The notes beneath the pieces were generated by a model, which was given only the letters and a program-made list of their open reading frames with translations, ran no database searches and was not told the DNA's origin. This document shows positions 11,611 to 21,148 of a stretch of 32,000 nucleotides of DNA, piece after piece. The stretch comes from Methanothermobacter marburgensis str. Marburg (GTDB lineage Archaea; Methanobacteriota; Methanobacteria; Methanobacteriales; Methanothermobacteraceae). Location of the stretch: the NCBI RefSeq assembly GCF_000145295.1, contig NC_014408.1, positions 120,001 to 152,000 of the forward strand. Reading direction: 5' to 3'. The first letter of the stretch is position 1. Every line of letters begins with the position of its first letter. Both the position numbers and the translations under genes were made by a program.

Positions 11611-12120
11611 TCACCTCAGATGGTCCAGTATGGATGGTATCAGTTTCTCAGCCTTTCTCCTCACAGCTTCGGGTTCCAGACCCGCTATGGGGTGTTCCAC
11701 CTCAACTATTCGAAGACCCGGCATGCCGTGGGCTGATGCCAGCCTTCTGGCGTATTCACTGAAGCGGTCTGAGCAGATGGAGATGGTGGGGACGCCCATA
11801 CCCTCCAGGCGGATGGCGTCAAGGATCACCCATGTGGTGCAGGAGCCACAGTCACCCAGGGCAAGGATGCAGAGGTCACCCCTGGCAGCCCTCTCTATCT
11901 GTTCAGCCTCTGCCGGGGCACCTGCGGGTTTCTCTGACCAGATAAAGTTGAAGCCACTGAGCTCTGATTCCAGAGTTCTCAGTATGATGTCTGCACCGGG
12001 CTTTGTGTTATCAAAGAGTGATATGGTCCCGGCATCACCTATACTGTTAACAGGGATCTCATCCATACTGGTGTCTGCCAGGGGGTCCATAACCTCCCTT
12101 TCAATGATTTTCACCTTCAT
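11611..12120 (-). CDS. Small thioredoxin-fold-like redox protein with a CGSC motif (resembles the Cys form of the UGSC (seleno)protein family)
   Basis: A 169-aa ORF with the motif [12 protein letters not shown], followed by a pattern resembling a beta-alpha-beta fold. Its size (about 170 aa) and the C/U-G-S-C motif match my recollection of the UGSC family. The fully overlapping + strand ORF (11606-12124) is Ser/Pro/Ala-rich and is rejected. Confidence 0.55.
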   Translation of the reverse strand: MKVKIIEREVMDPLADTSMDEIPVNSIGDAGTISLFDNTKPGADIILRTLESELSGFNFIWSEKPAGAPAEAEQIERAARGDLCILALGDCGSCTTWVILDAIRLEGMGVPTISICSDRFSEYARRLASAHGMPGLRIVEVEHPIAGLEPEAVRRKAEKLIPSILDHLR

Positions 12121-12135
12121 CTGACCACCATCATG

Positions 12136-13719
12136 TCAGGCCTTCAAGCGGAGCCTTTTTACCACGAAGTCCCTTTCAAGTGAAAGGAGGAATGATGCAG
12201 CCCTTGGACCCATCTTCTTACCTATCAGAACCTTATATATGGCCTGGAATGCCTTCTGGGGTTTAAGCCCATGCTTTCTCAGTATGCTATACATTTCGTC
12301 GTGGAGCTCCTCCGGGCTCATATTCCCTGACTCAAGGACGCATGCAAGTTCCTCTAGGAACTTCCTCTGGGGCTCTGAGAGTTCAACCTGGGGGAGTTCG
12401 TCCTGGACATGGAACTTCACGAAGTCTGGGGCATAGAGTTTGAGCCAGTTTTTAACATTTTCAACCCGTTCCCTCAGCTGGGTTAACTGTTTGTCTGTTA
12501 AATCTTCAATTTCCCTGTCCATGAACTCATCTGGAAGCTGTGAGTTCCTTTTGAGGATACCGTAGAGCCTTTCAAGGTCTTCCCCTGCGATCTGGTAGGC
12601 CACGGTCATGAAGCGGTAGGATGGCCTCAGCGGGAGATCCGGGCCGTCTATCATTGAGACCCGGTAAATCCTTTTGAGTTTCTGCTCCTCCTTCTCTGAG
12701 GCAGCCTCCTCCATACCATAGTAGATCCTCTCTGTCCTGTCGAACTGGTCCATGAGGTCAAGGAATGGCATGTCAGGGTTGAAGTCCTTGTGTTTCATGG
12801 GTTTACTCCGGAATATGAAGTAGTTGAGGCTCTCGGGGGGTCCTATCTCAAGCCACTGGCCTGGTGTGAAGAATACACCCCTTGACTTGGACATGGCCTC
12901 CCCCCTGAGGGTTATCCACTCATAGGGGACCGGGTAGGGGGCAGGGTAATCGAATATCTCCTCTGAGATTATGCTGCTCACATCATATGAGCCACCGCTT
13001 GCGGCATGGTCCTTACCGAAGGGTTCGCAGGTGACGCCCAGGATCTTCCACCTCGCGGCCCACTCAACCCTCCAGGTGAGTTTACCGAGCCCTGACTTTA
13101 TGTCCATCTCCCCATCGAATCCACATTCACAGCGGTACCTCACTGTGTCCCCGCTGAAATCATATGCCTCTGTGGTGTTCACACGCCCGCACCTCTCACA
13201 GATGGGGTTGTAGGGGAGCCAGTCATCCCTCAGGGGCCTTTCCCTGAACCTGTTGAATATCTCCCTTATCTCACCGGCCCTCCTCAGGGAGGTTCTTATG
13301 TAGTCATTGTAGGCCCCTTCGGTGTACATCAGAGCCCCTGAGTGGTGCTCGACCCTTATCCTGAACCTTTCAAGGGCATCCAGGAAGGGTCTCTGGAAGT
13401 GTTCCACGAAACTCTCGCAGCAGCCCTCAGGGCAGGGGATCATGGAGTAGGGCACTCCCAGGTACTTCTCGTAACTTTCTGGGAGGGGATAGGGGACCTT
13501 TCTGAGGGGGTCATGGTCGTCTGCTATCCAGACGGTCCTTGATCTGAACCCATCCTTTTCAAGTGACTTTGATATTGAGCTTGCTATGAAAACGTCGCAG
13601 GAGTTTCCTATGTGTATCGAGCCTGATATGGATGTTCCGCTTGCAACAACGTGCTCATCAACATCCCTGTCCTTAAGTTCATCGGCTATCCTTTCAATCC
13701 AGTGCTTCAAGAAGATCAC
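12136..13719 (-). CDS. lysS: Lysine--tRNA ligase, class I (archaeal LysK type)
   Basis: A 527-aa ORF with the HIGN class I signature ([12 protein letters not shown]), a KMSKS-like MSKSRG and a Cys cluster CERCG...CECG, all typical of class I LysRS. The start is either GTG at 13719 or TTG at 13710, which has GGTGA upstream. Confidence 0.9.
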   Translation of the reverse strand: MIFLKHWIERIADELKDRDVDEHVVASGTSISGSIHIGNSCDVFIASSISKSLEKDGFRSRTVWIADDHDPLRKVPYPLPESYEKYLGVPYSMIPCPEGCCESFVEHFQRPFLDALERFRIRVEHHSGALMYTEGAYNDYIRTSLRRAGEIREIFNRFRERPLRDDWLPYNPICERCGRVNTTEAYDFSGDTVRYRCECGFDGEMDIKSGLGKLTWRVEWAARWKILGVTCEPFGKDHAASGGSYDVSSIISEEIFDYPAPYPVPYEWITLRGEAMSKSRGVFFTPGQWLEIGPPESLNYFIFRSKPMKHKDFNPDMPFLDLMDQFDRTERIYYGMEEAASEKEEQKLKRIYRVSMIDGPDLPLRPSYRFMTVAYQIAGEDLERLYGILKRNSQLPDEFMDREIEDLTDKQLTQLRERVENVKNWLKLYAPDFVKFHVQDELPQVELSEPQRKFLEELACVLESGNMSPEELHDEMYSILRKHGLKPQKAFQAIYKVLIGKKMGPRAASFLLSLERDFVVKRLRLKA

Positions 13720-13805
13720 CTGTAAAAAGCGTGATAGAATCAGTGCAGTAAAAAATGTGTGAACTTCAAAATATATTAATTCTTCTCTAAAAAAGGAGTG
13801 GGGGT

Positions 13806-15107
13806 TCAGTCGAAGATCCTGGTATCTGCACTGTCAAGCCACTCGTTGACAATCTTAACAGCGCAGTACTCACCGCACATGGTGCAGGTGTCTGGATCCT
13901 CAGGTGGACGCTCGTCCCTTATGCGCCTTGCCTCTGCAGGGCACATGGCTGCATCGAACTGGGCCTCCCAGTTGAGCTTCTTACGGGCGTTGGCCATTTC
14001 AAGGTCCTTCTCCCCACTGTGGATTCCCTTGGCCATGTCACCCACGTAGGCCCCGATCCTTGTTGCAATGACCCCCTCCTTCACATCGTCAGGGTAGGGG
14101 AGTGCAAGGTGCTCTGCAGGTGTAACATAGCAGATGAAGTCCGCACCTGCAGCCGCAGATGCAGCGGCACCTATTGATGAGACTATGTGGTCATAGCCGG
14201 CCCCTATATCCGTGACTATTGGTCCCAGCATGTAGAATGGGGCTCCACGGCAGAGTTTCTTCTGGAGTATGACGTTGGCCTTTATCTCATTGAGGGGTAT
14301 GTGGCCCGGCCCCTCAACGATGGTCTGGACACCGGCATCCCTGGCCCTGTCGATGAGTTCACCCAGCACTATGAGTTCCTGGACCTGGGCACGGTCGGTT
14401 GAGTCTGCAATGGCACCGGCCCTCATTGCGTTGGCCATGGACATGACAAAGTCGTGTTCCTTGGCTATCTCCAGTATGTAATCGAAGTTCTCATAGAGGG
14501 GGTTTTCCAGTCCGTTTTCAACCATCCAGGCTGATACAAAGGCCCCTCCCCTGCTCACAAGGCCACCCTCACGGCCCTGCCTCTTGAGTCTCCTGAGGGT
14601 CTCCCTGTTGACACTGCAGTGTATGGCCATGAAGTCTATACCATCCTTTGCCTGCTTCTCAATGGCTTTGAACATGACTTCCTCGTCCATGTAGATGGCA
14701 GCGCCCTCCTTCCTTATGGTCTCGATGGCTGCCTGATACACGGGCACGCTTCCAACGGGTATGGGTGAAAGGTCCAGTATGCGTCTCCTTATCTCGTCGA
14801 GGTCCCCTCCCACTGAGAGCTCCATGAGGGTGTCTGCCTTGTTTTCAATGGCAACACGGGCCTTTTTCTGCTCCATTTCGAAGTCCACGATGTCGGTGGA
14901 TGTCCCTATGGTGGCGTTGACCTTGGTCCTTAAACCCTCACCTATACCTACCGGGGCAACATCGTCCCTGTTCAGGTTGCTGGGGATGGCTATTCTCCCA
15001 CTGGCAACTCCTCTTCTTATGAATTCTGGGGTGACATTCTCCGCCTCTGCCACCGCCTTCATTTCTTCTGTTATAACACCTTTTTTAGCTTCATCCATTT
15101 GAGTCAT
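13806..15107 (-). CDS. thiC: Phosphomethylpyrimidine synthase (radical SAM, thiamine pyrimidine moiety)
   Basis: A 433-aa ORF, conserved across its length with ThiC, with the C-terminal CX2CX4C cluster motif [11 protein letters not shown]. Confidence 0.92.
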   Translation of the reverse strand: MTQMDEAKKGVITEEMKAVAEAENVTPEFIRRGVASGRIAIPSNLNRDDVAPVGIGEGLRTKVNATIGTSTDIVDFEMEQKKARVAIENKADTLMELSVGGDLDEIRRRILDLSPIPVGSVPVYQAAIETIRKEGAAIYMDEEVMFKAIEKQAKDGIDFMAIHCSVNRETLRRLKRQGREGGLVSRGGAFVSAWMVENGLENPLYENFDYILEIAKEHDFVMSMANAMRAGAIADSTDRAQVQELIVLGELIDRARDAGVQTIVEGPGHIPLNEIKANVILQKKLCRGAPFYMLGPIVTDIGAGYDHIVSSIGAAASAAAGADFICYVTPAEHLALPYPDDVKEGVIATRIGAYVGDMAKGIHSGEKDLEMANARKKLNWEAQFDAAMCPAEARRIRDERPPEDPDTCTMCGEYCAVKIVNEWLDSADTRIFD

Positions 15108-15224
15108 ACAATCACCGTCTGGTTTGACCCTTTAACCCGTGCGGGTATGATTGGGATCAGCTGGAATGAGATTCATGCGCATCTTATATTGGTCCAATCC
15201 AGTTATAAAAACTATGGGGTTTTA

Positions 15225-15263
15225 ATTTTCTTAATAAAAATTCATTGCCCCTGATGTCAGGGG
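15225..15263 (-). terminator. Putative terminator of the PfkB kinase gene
   Basis: The perfect inverted repeat CCCCTGA-tg-TCAGGGG (15248-15263) is followed on the minus strand by AATGAATTTTTATTAA. It lies about 60 nt downstream of the kinase stop codon. Confidence 0.5.
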
Positions 15264-15324
15264 ATCATTCATTTAGGATATTGGAAGATTCATACTTTAT
15301 CTGAATGGGGGTCTGTTCTGCTAA

Positions 15325-16254
15325 TTATATTGGGGGTTCATAACCCCAGTGCCTCTTAAAGCGTCTCACAGCAGATTCCAGATCTGGAATGTTTGTCTGG
15401 GTCCCCTCCTCCTCGACTATGAAGGATGCAACCGCCGATGCAAACCTACCACAGTCCATGAGGTCTGCACCGGCAAGGTAGGCCCTCATGAACCCTGCCC
15501 TGTATGAGTCACCGGCCCCTGTGGGATCGGCAGCCTCCCGGGGTATTGCATCGATTTTAATCACATCATCGGCATAGATAACACTTCCATCCCTGCCGTA
15601 GGTCTTAACCACAACATCCGGGCCCATCTCTATGAGGCCATCAACATCAACCTCCAGTCTGGAGCATATGCGGTCTATCTCGTGGTGGTTACCGAAGAGG
15701 ATGTCGCATACCCCCACAGCCCTCTCAAGCTGGCTCCTGGAGTACATGTGGAGGTCCTGTCCCGGATCGAAGGATATGATCTTCCCCAGCGACCTTGCGA
15801 ATTCACCGCACCTGCAGTTAAAGGAGGGGTCTCCGGTTGCAAGGTGGACCGCCCTGGCAGATTCTATCACTCTGCGCGGGATCTCGCTCTCCCTGAACTG
15901 CGCCGCGGCACCCCAGTAGAAGTAGCTTATCTGGTTGTGGTCGGCATCTGTCATCACAAAGGCGGTTGGTGTTGTTTCAGCTTTCACCACAATCATGGAG
16001 CTTATATCTATGCCGCTGGCCTCAAGGAGCCTCCTGTACTCTGATCCCTCAAAGTCGCCTCCAACGGCTGATACAAGTGATGTTCTAAGCCCCAGCTTTG
16101 ACCCCACCAGGGCTACGTTTGCTGCAGCCCCACCATGGAGGTTCCTCATCCTCCTTATGGCCGTTGATGAGTTGGGTTCGGGAAATTTATCAAGCTGTAT
16201 TATGTAGTCAAAGGCGGTATGTCCAACAGCAAGAAGGTCTCTGTCTTCATTCAT
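15325..16254 (-). CDS. PfkB-family carbohydrate/nucleoside kinase
   Basis: A 309-aa ORF with an N-terminal GG dipeptide region (NLHGGAAANVA) and the C-terminal DPTGAGD anion-hole motif of the ribokinase/PfkB superfamily. Substrate cannot be assigned from sequence alone. Confidence 0.8.
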   Translation of the reverse strand: MNEDRDLLAVGHTAFDYIIQLDKFPEPNSSTAIRRMRNLHGGAAANVALVGSKLGLRTSLVSAVGGDFEGSEYRRLLEASGIDISSMIVVKAETTPTAFVMTDADHNQISYFYWGAAAQFRESEIPRRVIESARAVHLATGDPSFNCRCGEFARSLGKIISFDPGQDLHMYSRSQLERAVGVCDILFGNHHEIDRICSRLEVDVDGLIEMGPDVVVKTYGRDGSVIYADDVIKIDAIPREAADPTGAGDSYRAGFMRAYLAGADLMDCGRFASAVASFIVEEEGTQTNIPDLESAVRRFKRHWGYEPPI

Positions 16255-16326
16255 GGAATCACCCTGAAAATATAAATTAACTCTGCCACCGCGACTTATA
16301 ACATCATTGATTATTCGTTAAACAGA

Positions 16327-17181
16327 TCAGTGTAGCGGTTCAAAACCCGCCTCCAGCACAGCCTCCTGGCCCTCCCTCCTTATGAAATCCATGAATTCCT
16401 CAACCCCTTCACTTTCCCGGCAGACCACGGCACTTATAACATGCCGGGTCTCATTCTTGAGGATTTCAGAGCCACTGAACTGGCTTGCACTGAGGAATGT
16501 CATGAGTTCCTGCTCGTTTTTAACTATCCTCTGGGCATGGTATGGGGACCGAACCTCCCTCACAATTTCAAAACTGACACCGGAATCTGAGAGCACCTCC
16601 CAGGCCAGCCTCTGGGCTGAACCCTCAACCCCAACGAATGATGAGCCATCAAGTTCCCTCATGGTTCTCGCATCACTACCCACAAGCACCAGGTGGTCAT
16701 ATGCAACAGGCACGAAGTCGAGGCCCCTCTGGTAGGCCTGGAGGGGATCGTCAAGGAAGATCACATCAAGGATGCTTCTTTCTGCAAGGTGGAAGAGGTC
16801 AGCATCACAGCATGAAAACAGGGATGCCTCCACTCCGAACCTCTCAATGAAGACCTCGGCAAGGTTTGATGAAATATAACCCGCCGCAACCATGAGCCTC
16901 CCTGACCCACTGAGGACTTTCAGGTGGCGCATGTAGGTTCTGAGGATCTCCATACCCTCTGGTGTGAGTTCTGATCCTGCACCACTGCTTTTTACGAGTT
17001 TAACACCCAGGAGAGATTCCACCCGCAGAACCCTCCTGTTTAAAACCTGTGGTGTCACACCGAGTATCCTTGCAGCCTTCCTCTGGGAGAAGGTTTCCCC
17101 GATTACACGGAGGGTCTCAAGGAATCTGTGATCCAGTTCATGGCCGTTGATCTTCATTCCAGGGAGGGGTTCAATATCCAT
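16327..17181 (-). CDS. Transcriptional regulator: ModE/LysR-type HTH N-domain plus a periplasmic-binding-protein-like C-domain
   Basis: The N-terminus (FLETLRVIGETFSQRKAARILGVTPQVLNRRVLRVESLLGVKLVKSSGAGSELTPEGMEIL) resembles ModE-like LysR HTH domains, including the G-rich loop before LTPEG. The rest resembles a type-2 substrate-binding fold. It is transcribed divergently from phi. Confidence 0.7.
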   Translation of the reverse strand: MDIEPLPGMKINGHELDHRFLETLRVIGETFSQRKAARILGVTPQVLNRRVLRVESLLGVKLVKSSGAGSELTPEGMEILRTYMRHLKVLSGSGRLMVAAGYISSNLAEVFIERFGVEASLFSCCDADLFHLAERSILDVIFLDDPLQAYQRGLDFVPVAYDHLVLVGSDARTMRELDGSSFVGVEGSAQRLAWEVLSDSGVSFEIVREVRSPYHAQRIVKNEQELMTFLSASQFSGSEILKNETRHVISAVVCRESEGVEEFMDFIRREGQEAVLEAGFEPLH

Positions 17182-17309
17182 GGGGATACCTCTAATCTGG
17201 GTGAATTTCCACCCCCTAACATCATCTGCCTATAGCATGGGCAGCTGGGCTGGAATTATTTTTTACTCTTTATATCTCATGATCCATATATTAGATTACA
17301 GGTGTTGCA

Positions 17310-17894
17310 ATGATAATGAGAGAGGCCATCAGGGATATAGTGGATAATCTGGAGAAGATGGAAAGGGAGATTGACGCCGAAACAGTTGATAGATTCATAG
17401 ACACCCTCACATCCGCAGGAAACGTCTTCGTGCTTGGACTGGGGAGGTCGGGGCTAGTTGCAAAGGCCTTCGCCATGAGACTCATGCATCTTGAGATAAA
17501 CGTCTTCGTGGTGGGTGAGACCATAACACCCGCAATAAATGAGGGTGATGCACTGATTGCAATATCAGGTTCAGGGAGGACAAGCTACATAGTCAGCGCT
17601 GCCAGGATAGCCAGGGAGAGGGGTGCCCAGGTCGTTGCTGTAACCTCACATCCAGAATCAGAACTTGGAGGGATAGCTGACCTCACCGTAACCGTGAGGG
17701 GCAGGACAAAGATCGATGGTGAGAAGAACTACATGAAGAGGCAGATACGGGGCAACCATCACTCAAGGACACCACTGGGTACACTATTTGAGATATCAGC
17801 CCTCGTCTTTCTGGACGGCCTCATAGCTGAACTCATGCACAGGCTTGATAAGAGGGAGGAGGACCTCAACGAGAGACACAGCGTGTTTGAATAA
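17310..17894 (+). CDS. hxlB: 6-phospho-3-hexuloisomerase (SIS domain; RuMP pathway used for pentose synthesis)
   Basis: A 194-aa SIS-domain protein (VFVLGLGRSGLVAKAFAMRLMHL...AISGSGRT) closely matching the PHI pattern of methanogens. The start is ATG at 17310 or 17316. Confidence 0.8.
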   Translation: MIMREAIRDIVDNLEKMEREIDAETVDRFIDTLTSAGNVFVLGLGRSGLVAKAFAMRLMHLEINVFVVGETITPAINEGDALIAISGSGRTSYIVSAARIARERGAQVVAVTSHPESELGGIADLTVTVRGRTKIDGEKNYMKRQIRGNHHSRTPLGTLFEISALVFLDGLIAELMHRLDKREEDLNERHSVFE

Positions 17895-17942
17895 AATTAT
17901 GTTTTTAGCATCCGAAAAGCTCAGAATTCAATGGAAAATGTC

Positions 17943-18695
17943 CTAATCAAGTATTATCCTCTCAGGGTGGCTGTATATGTTGAACCTTCTGCCCCTTACA
18001 AATCCCAGCATTGTAAGACCGGTCTTCCCTGCAGCCTCATACCCTGATGATGTTGGGGCGGCGTTCGATGCTATGATGGGAACCCCGGCACGCACAACCT
18101 TTATAAGCATATCCGCGGGCATCCTGCCACTGTAGACCATGAAGCTCCTGGAGAAGTTAACACCGTCCATGGCCCCGGAGCCCAGGACCTTATCAACCGC
18201 CACATGTCTGCTAACATCCTCAAACACCCTGAATTCATCCCCGGTCACAAGGGCGGCAACATGCGTACCTCCAGTCAGCCTCCACACGGTTGCTGCCTTC
18301 ACCATCCGCCTGAATGCATCGAATATGTCCTCAGCCCTCACCCTGAAGTCTGAGTCAACTGGTTCCACCATCTCAACCCTCTGCCTCCATCCACCGAAGC
18401 AATCAGAGCCCATAACAAGCTCACGCCTTATCTCAAGGTCCTCTGATTCTATCTCAACGTCGATGAGGTTCTCTGTGATATCCATGGATCTTATATCATC
18501 CACCGAGTCCACGAGCCCCTCGCCGAGAAGGTAGCCTGTTGCGAATTCCTTAAGGGCAGCGGGACTTGCAGTGAAGCGCTGCTCCAGACCCCCATTTATC
18601 CTTATACGCACCTCAAGGTCATTCACGATTCTTTCAGGGACCCTCCGCATCTCGTCATCCACACGGAACGCCTCAACCTCTCTGTAAAGTGACAT
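17943..18695 (-). CDS. fdhD: Formate dehydrogenase accessory sulfurtransferase FdhD
   Basis: A 250-aa ORF with the FdhD C-terminal pattern (SGRMPADMLIKVVRAGVPIIASNAAPTSSG). The loop GSDCFGGW has one Cys, whereas E. coli FdhD has a CxxC (alignment not verified). Confidence 0.85.
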   Translation of the reverse strand: MSLYREVEAFRVDDEMRRVPERIVNDLEVRIRINGGLEQRFTASPAALKEFATGYLLGEGLVDSVDDIRSMDITENLIDVEIESEDLEIRRELVMGSDCFGGWRQRVEMVEPVDSDFRVRAEDIFDAFRRMVKAATVWRLTGGTHVAALVTGDEFRVFEDVSRHVAVDKVLGSGAMDGVNFSRSFMVYSGRMPADMLIKVVRAGVPIIASNAAPTSSGYEAAGKTGLTMLGFVRGRRFNIYSHPERIILD

Positions 18696-18735
18696 TCATC
18701 CACCACCTCTCATCTAAAAACATATATTCCCCCTG

Positions 18736-18764
18736 GTTTAACAGTTAAACAGATGTTTAAACAT
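18736..18764. promoter_or_regulatory. Two adjacent perfect palindromes in the fdhD / nuoE-like divergent promoter (candidate operator)
   Basis: GTTTAAC-A-GTTAAAC (18736-18750) and ATGTTTAAACAT (18753-18764) share the GTTTAA(A)C core. They sit between AT-rich TATA-like boxes at 18720-18727 (minus-strand gene) and 18773-18780 (plus-strand gene). Confidence 0.45.
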
Positions 18765-18825
18765 TCATCCTAATTAATATGAATGCGACACTAAAATGGA
18801 TCTCACATTTAAGTGGAGGTTTCTG

Positions 18826-19275
18826 ATGGATAAGAAATTGAAGGGGATATTCTCTGGCTACACAGGCCATGCCTCAGAGATCATACCCATCCTCCAGGAT
18901 ATTCAGGATGTCTACGGCTATCTGCCGGAACATGCCCTGGAGGAGGTTGCTGGTTTCACAGGGGTCAGTAAAACACATGTATACGGGGTTGCAACCTTTT
19001 ATGCCCAGTTCAGGTTCAAACCAAAGGGAAGGAAGCACATAATGGTCTGTACAGGAACAGCGTGCCATGTGAGTGGGGCTGAACAGGTTCTGGATGCCCT
19101 TGAGAGGCACCTTGGCATCGGTGAGGGGGACGTCACAGAGGACATGGAGTACTCCCTGGAATCTGTGGGATGCATTGGCTGCTGCTCCCTGGCTCCATGT
19201 GCCATGGTGAACGATGAGGTTGTATCACGCATAAAGCCATCAAGGGTAAGCAAAATTTTCCCAAAAAAGTCTTAG
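18826..19275 (+). CDS. NuoE/HoxE/HydC-like thioredoxin-fold [2Fe-2S] ferredoxin subunit
   Basis: It has the [2Fe-2S] ligand pattern CTGTAC...CIGCCSLAPC and the conserved YGVATFY motif. I prefer the ATG at 18826 (GGAGG 6 nt upstream) to the ORF-track start at 18796. Confidence 0.85.
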   Translation: MDKKLKGIFSGYTGHASEIIPILQDIQDVYGYLPEHALEEVAGFTGVSKTHVYGVATFYAQFRFKPKGRKHIMVCTGTACHVSGAEQVLDALERHLGIGEGDVTEDMEYSLESVGCIGCCSLAPCAMVNDEVVSRIKPSRVSKIFPKKS

Positions 19276-19276
19276 A

Positions 19277-21148
19277 GTGTTTAAAATGTTTGAAGATACT
19301 GCAGGAAGGGCACTGGATGAATACATGTCCCTCTTCAGGGACGAACCGGTGATATTCCTGGGTTCAGCAACCTGTGGAAGATCCGCGGGGGCTCATGAAA
19401 TAGAGAGGGTATTGCTTGAGAGGGCTTCTGAGCTCTCAGTTGAATGCAGCATTGTACACACTGGATGCATGGGCCTCTGCTACGCCGAACCCATGGTTAC
19501 CGTATTCAACGGTGATACCCGTGGCGCCATCTATGGACCAGTGAACAGGAGACTTGCAAAGAGGATAATTCAGGAGCTCGCTGATGGTGAAGAATTCTCA
19601 GCCATTGGCTCTCTTAATGTGGCCTTCAATGGTGACTCATTTGAACCCTCCTACAGCATTGACTTCATGGAGAAACAGTCAAGGAGGATACTCAGAAGAG
19701 GCGGTCTCATAGACCCTGAGAACATCAATCATTACCTGGCGACAGGAGGATACCGGGGGCTCCTCAGGGCACTGGAGATGAAACCTGAGGATATCATTGA
19801 AGAGGTTAAGGATTCCGGACTCAGGGGCCGTGGGGGGGCAGGATTCCCCACCTGGCTCAAGTGGAGCCTCTGCCGCCAGGAGGAATCCGATGTGAAGTAC
19901 CTGGTATGCAACGCCGACGAGGGCGACCCGGGTGCCTTCATGAACCGTTCACTCATAGAGGGGGACCCCCACTCCCTCCTGGAGGGGATACTCATAGCAT
20001 CATATGCTGTGGGTGCAGAGGAGGCCTACATCTACTGCAGGGCAGAGTACCCCCTTGCCCTTGAAAGACTCAGAACCGCAATATCTGACCTCCGGGATCT
20101 CGGACTCCTAGGGGAGGACATCCTTGACTCGGGCTTCAGCCTTGATATAAGGATAAAGGAGGGGGCAGGGGCATTTGTATGTGGAGAGGAGACAGCCCTC
20201 ATAGCATCCATTGAGGGTAAAAGGGGGATGCCCCGTACCAGACCACCATTCCCAACAACAAGCGGCCTTTGGGGGAAGCCAACTGTTATAAACAATGTGG
20301 AGACACTTGCAGCTGTCTCAATGATAATGCAGCATGGTCCAGAGTACTTCAACACCCCGGGAACGGAGGGGAGTCCCGGGACCAAGACCTTCTCCCTTGT
20401 GGGAGATGTGAGGAGAACCGGGCTCATAGAGGTCCCCCTGGGCACAAGCCTGAGGGAGGTCATCCACGACATTGGTGGGGGTGTAAGGGACGGTGAGCTC
20501 AAGGCCGTCCAGATAGGGGGACCATCAGGCGGATGCCTCCCGGCCGAACTTGTTGACACGGGCATAGACTATGATTCACTGACATCTGCCGGCGCAATAA
20601 TGGGTTCAGGGGGCCTCGTGGTTTTATCTGACCATACATGCATGGTTGAACTTGCAAGGTACTTCCTTGAGTTCACTCAGCGGGAATCATGCGGAAAGTG
20701 TGTCCCGTGCCGTGTGGGTACAAGGCAGATGCTCATGATACTCAATGATATAGTTGAGGGTTCAGGAAGAGAGGAGGACCTGGAGATTCTGAGGGACATC
20801 GCAGAAACCGTCAGGGCAGCCTCCCTCTGTGGCCTTGGCCAGACATCCCCCAACCCTGTTCTAACCACACTCAGGTACTTTGAAAGGGAATACCGGGATC
20901 ACATAAACGGAAAATGCACCGCAGCATCATGCAGCCAGCTCATGCACTACCTCATAGAAGCGGAAAAATGTGATGGATGCATGGCATGCCTGAAGACATG
21001 TCCTGCAGACGCCATTGAGGGTTCAAAGGATGAGGTGCATGTTATAGATCAGGAAAGTTGCCTCAAGTGTGGGTCCTGCCTCGACACATGTAAGAGAGAT
21101 GCTGTTCTGAGGGTTCCGGGGCCATACTCCCCGGCCAATCAGGACTGA
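19277..21148 (+). CDS. NuoF/HydB-like FMN- and NAD(P)H-binding iron-sulfur flavoprotein with extra N- and C-terminal cluster domains
   Basis: It has the FMN motif [13 protein letters not shown], the nucleotide site [17 protein letters not shown] and the N3 cluster [12 protein letters not shown]...LCGLGQT. It also has a four-Cys N-terminal thioredoxin-like domain ([19 protein letters not shown]) and two C-terminal CX2CX2CX3C(P) motifs ([23 protein letters not shown]). The start is GTG at 19277 or ATG at 19286. Confidence 0.88.
   Translation: MFKMFEDTAGRALDEYMSLFRDEPVIFLGSATCGRSAGAHEIERVLLERASELSVECSIVHTGCMGLCYAEPMVTVFNGDTRGAIYGPVNRRLAKRIIQELADGEEFSAIGSLNVAFNGDSFEPSYSIDFMEKQSRRILRRGGLIDPENINHYLATGGYRGLLRALEMKPEDIIEEVKDSGLRGRGGAGFPTWLKWSLCRQEESDVKYLVCNADEGDPGAFMNRSLIEGDPHSLLEGILIASYAVGAEEAYIYCRAEYPLALERLRTAISDLRDLGLLGEDILDSGFSLDIRIKEGAGAFVCGEETALIASIEGKRGMPRTRPPFPTTSGLWGKPTVINNVETLAAVSMIMQHGPEYFNTPGTEGSPGTKTFSLVGDVRRTGLIEVPLGTSLREVIHDIGGGVRDGELKAVQIGGPSGGCLPAELVDTGIDYDSLTSAGAIMGSGGLVVLSDHTCMVELARYFLEFTQRESCGKCVPCRVGTRQMLMILNDIVEGSGREEDLEILRDIAETVRAASLCGLGQTSPNPVLTTLRYFEREYRDHINGKCTAASCSQLMHYLIEAEKCDGCMACLKTCPADAIEGSKDEVHVIDQESCLKCGSCLDTCKRDAVLRVPGPYSPANQD

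Noticed and set aside
11606-12124. 172-aa plus-strand ORF that mirrors the 169-aa CGSC-protein gene
   Set aside because: It overlaps the minus-strand gene end to end and is Ser/Pro/Ala/Arg-rich, as expected of an antisense frame in GC-rich coding DNA. It has no SD. The minus-strand ORF has a redox motif, a sensible composition and coupling to the downstream gene.
15108-15247. Possible TPP (THI-box) riboswitch in the thiC leader
   Set aside because: The minus-strand RNA lacks the invariant CUGAGA and the ACCUGAUCUGGAUAAUGCCAGCG core. Only a short CUGAUCC and a tiny ACCCG/CGGGT hairpin are present. It is kept as a low-interest unexplained leader, not called as a riboswitch.
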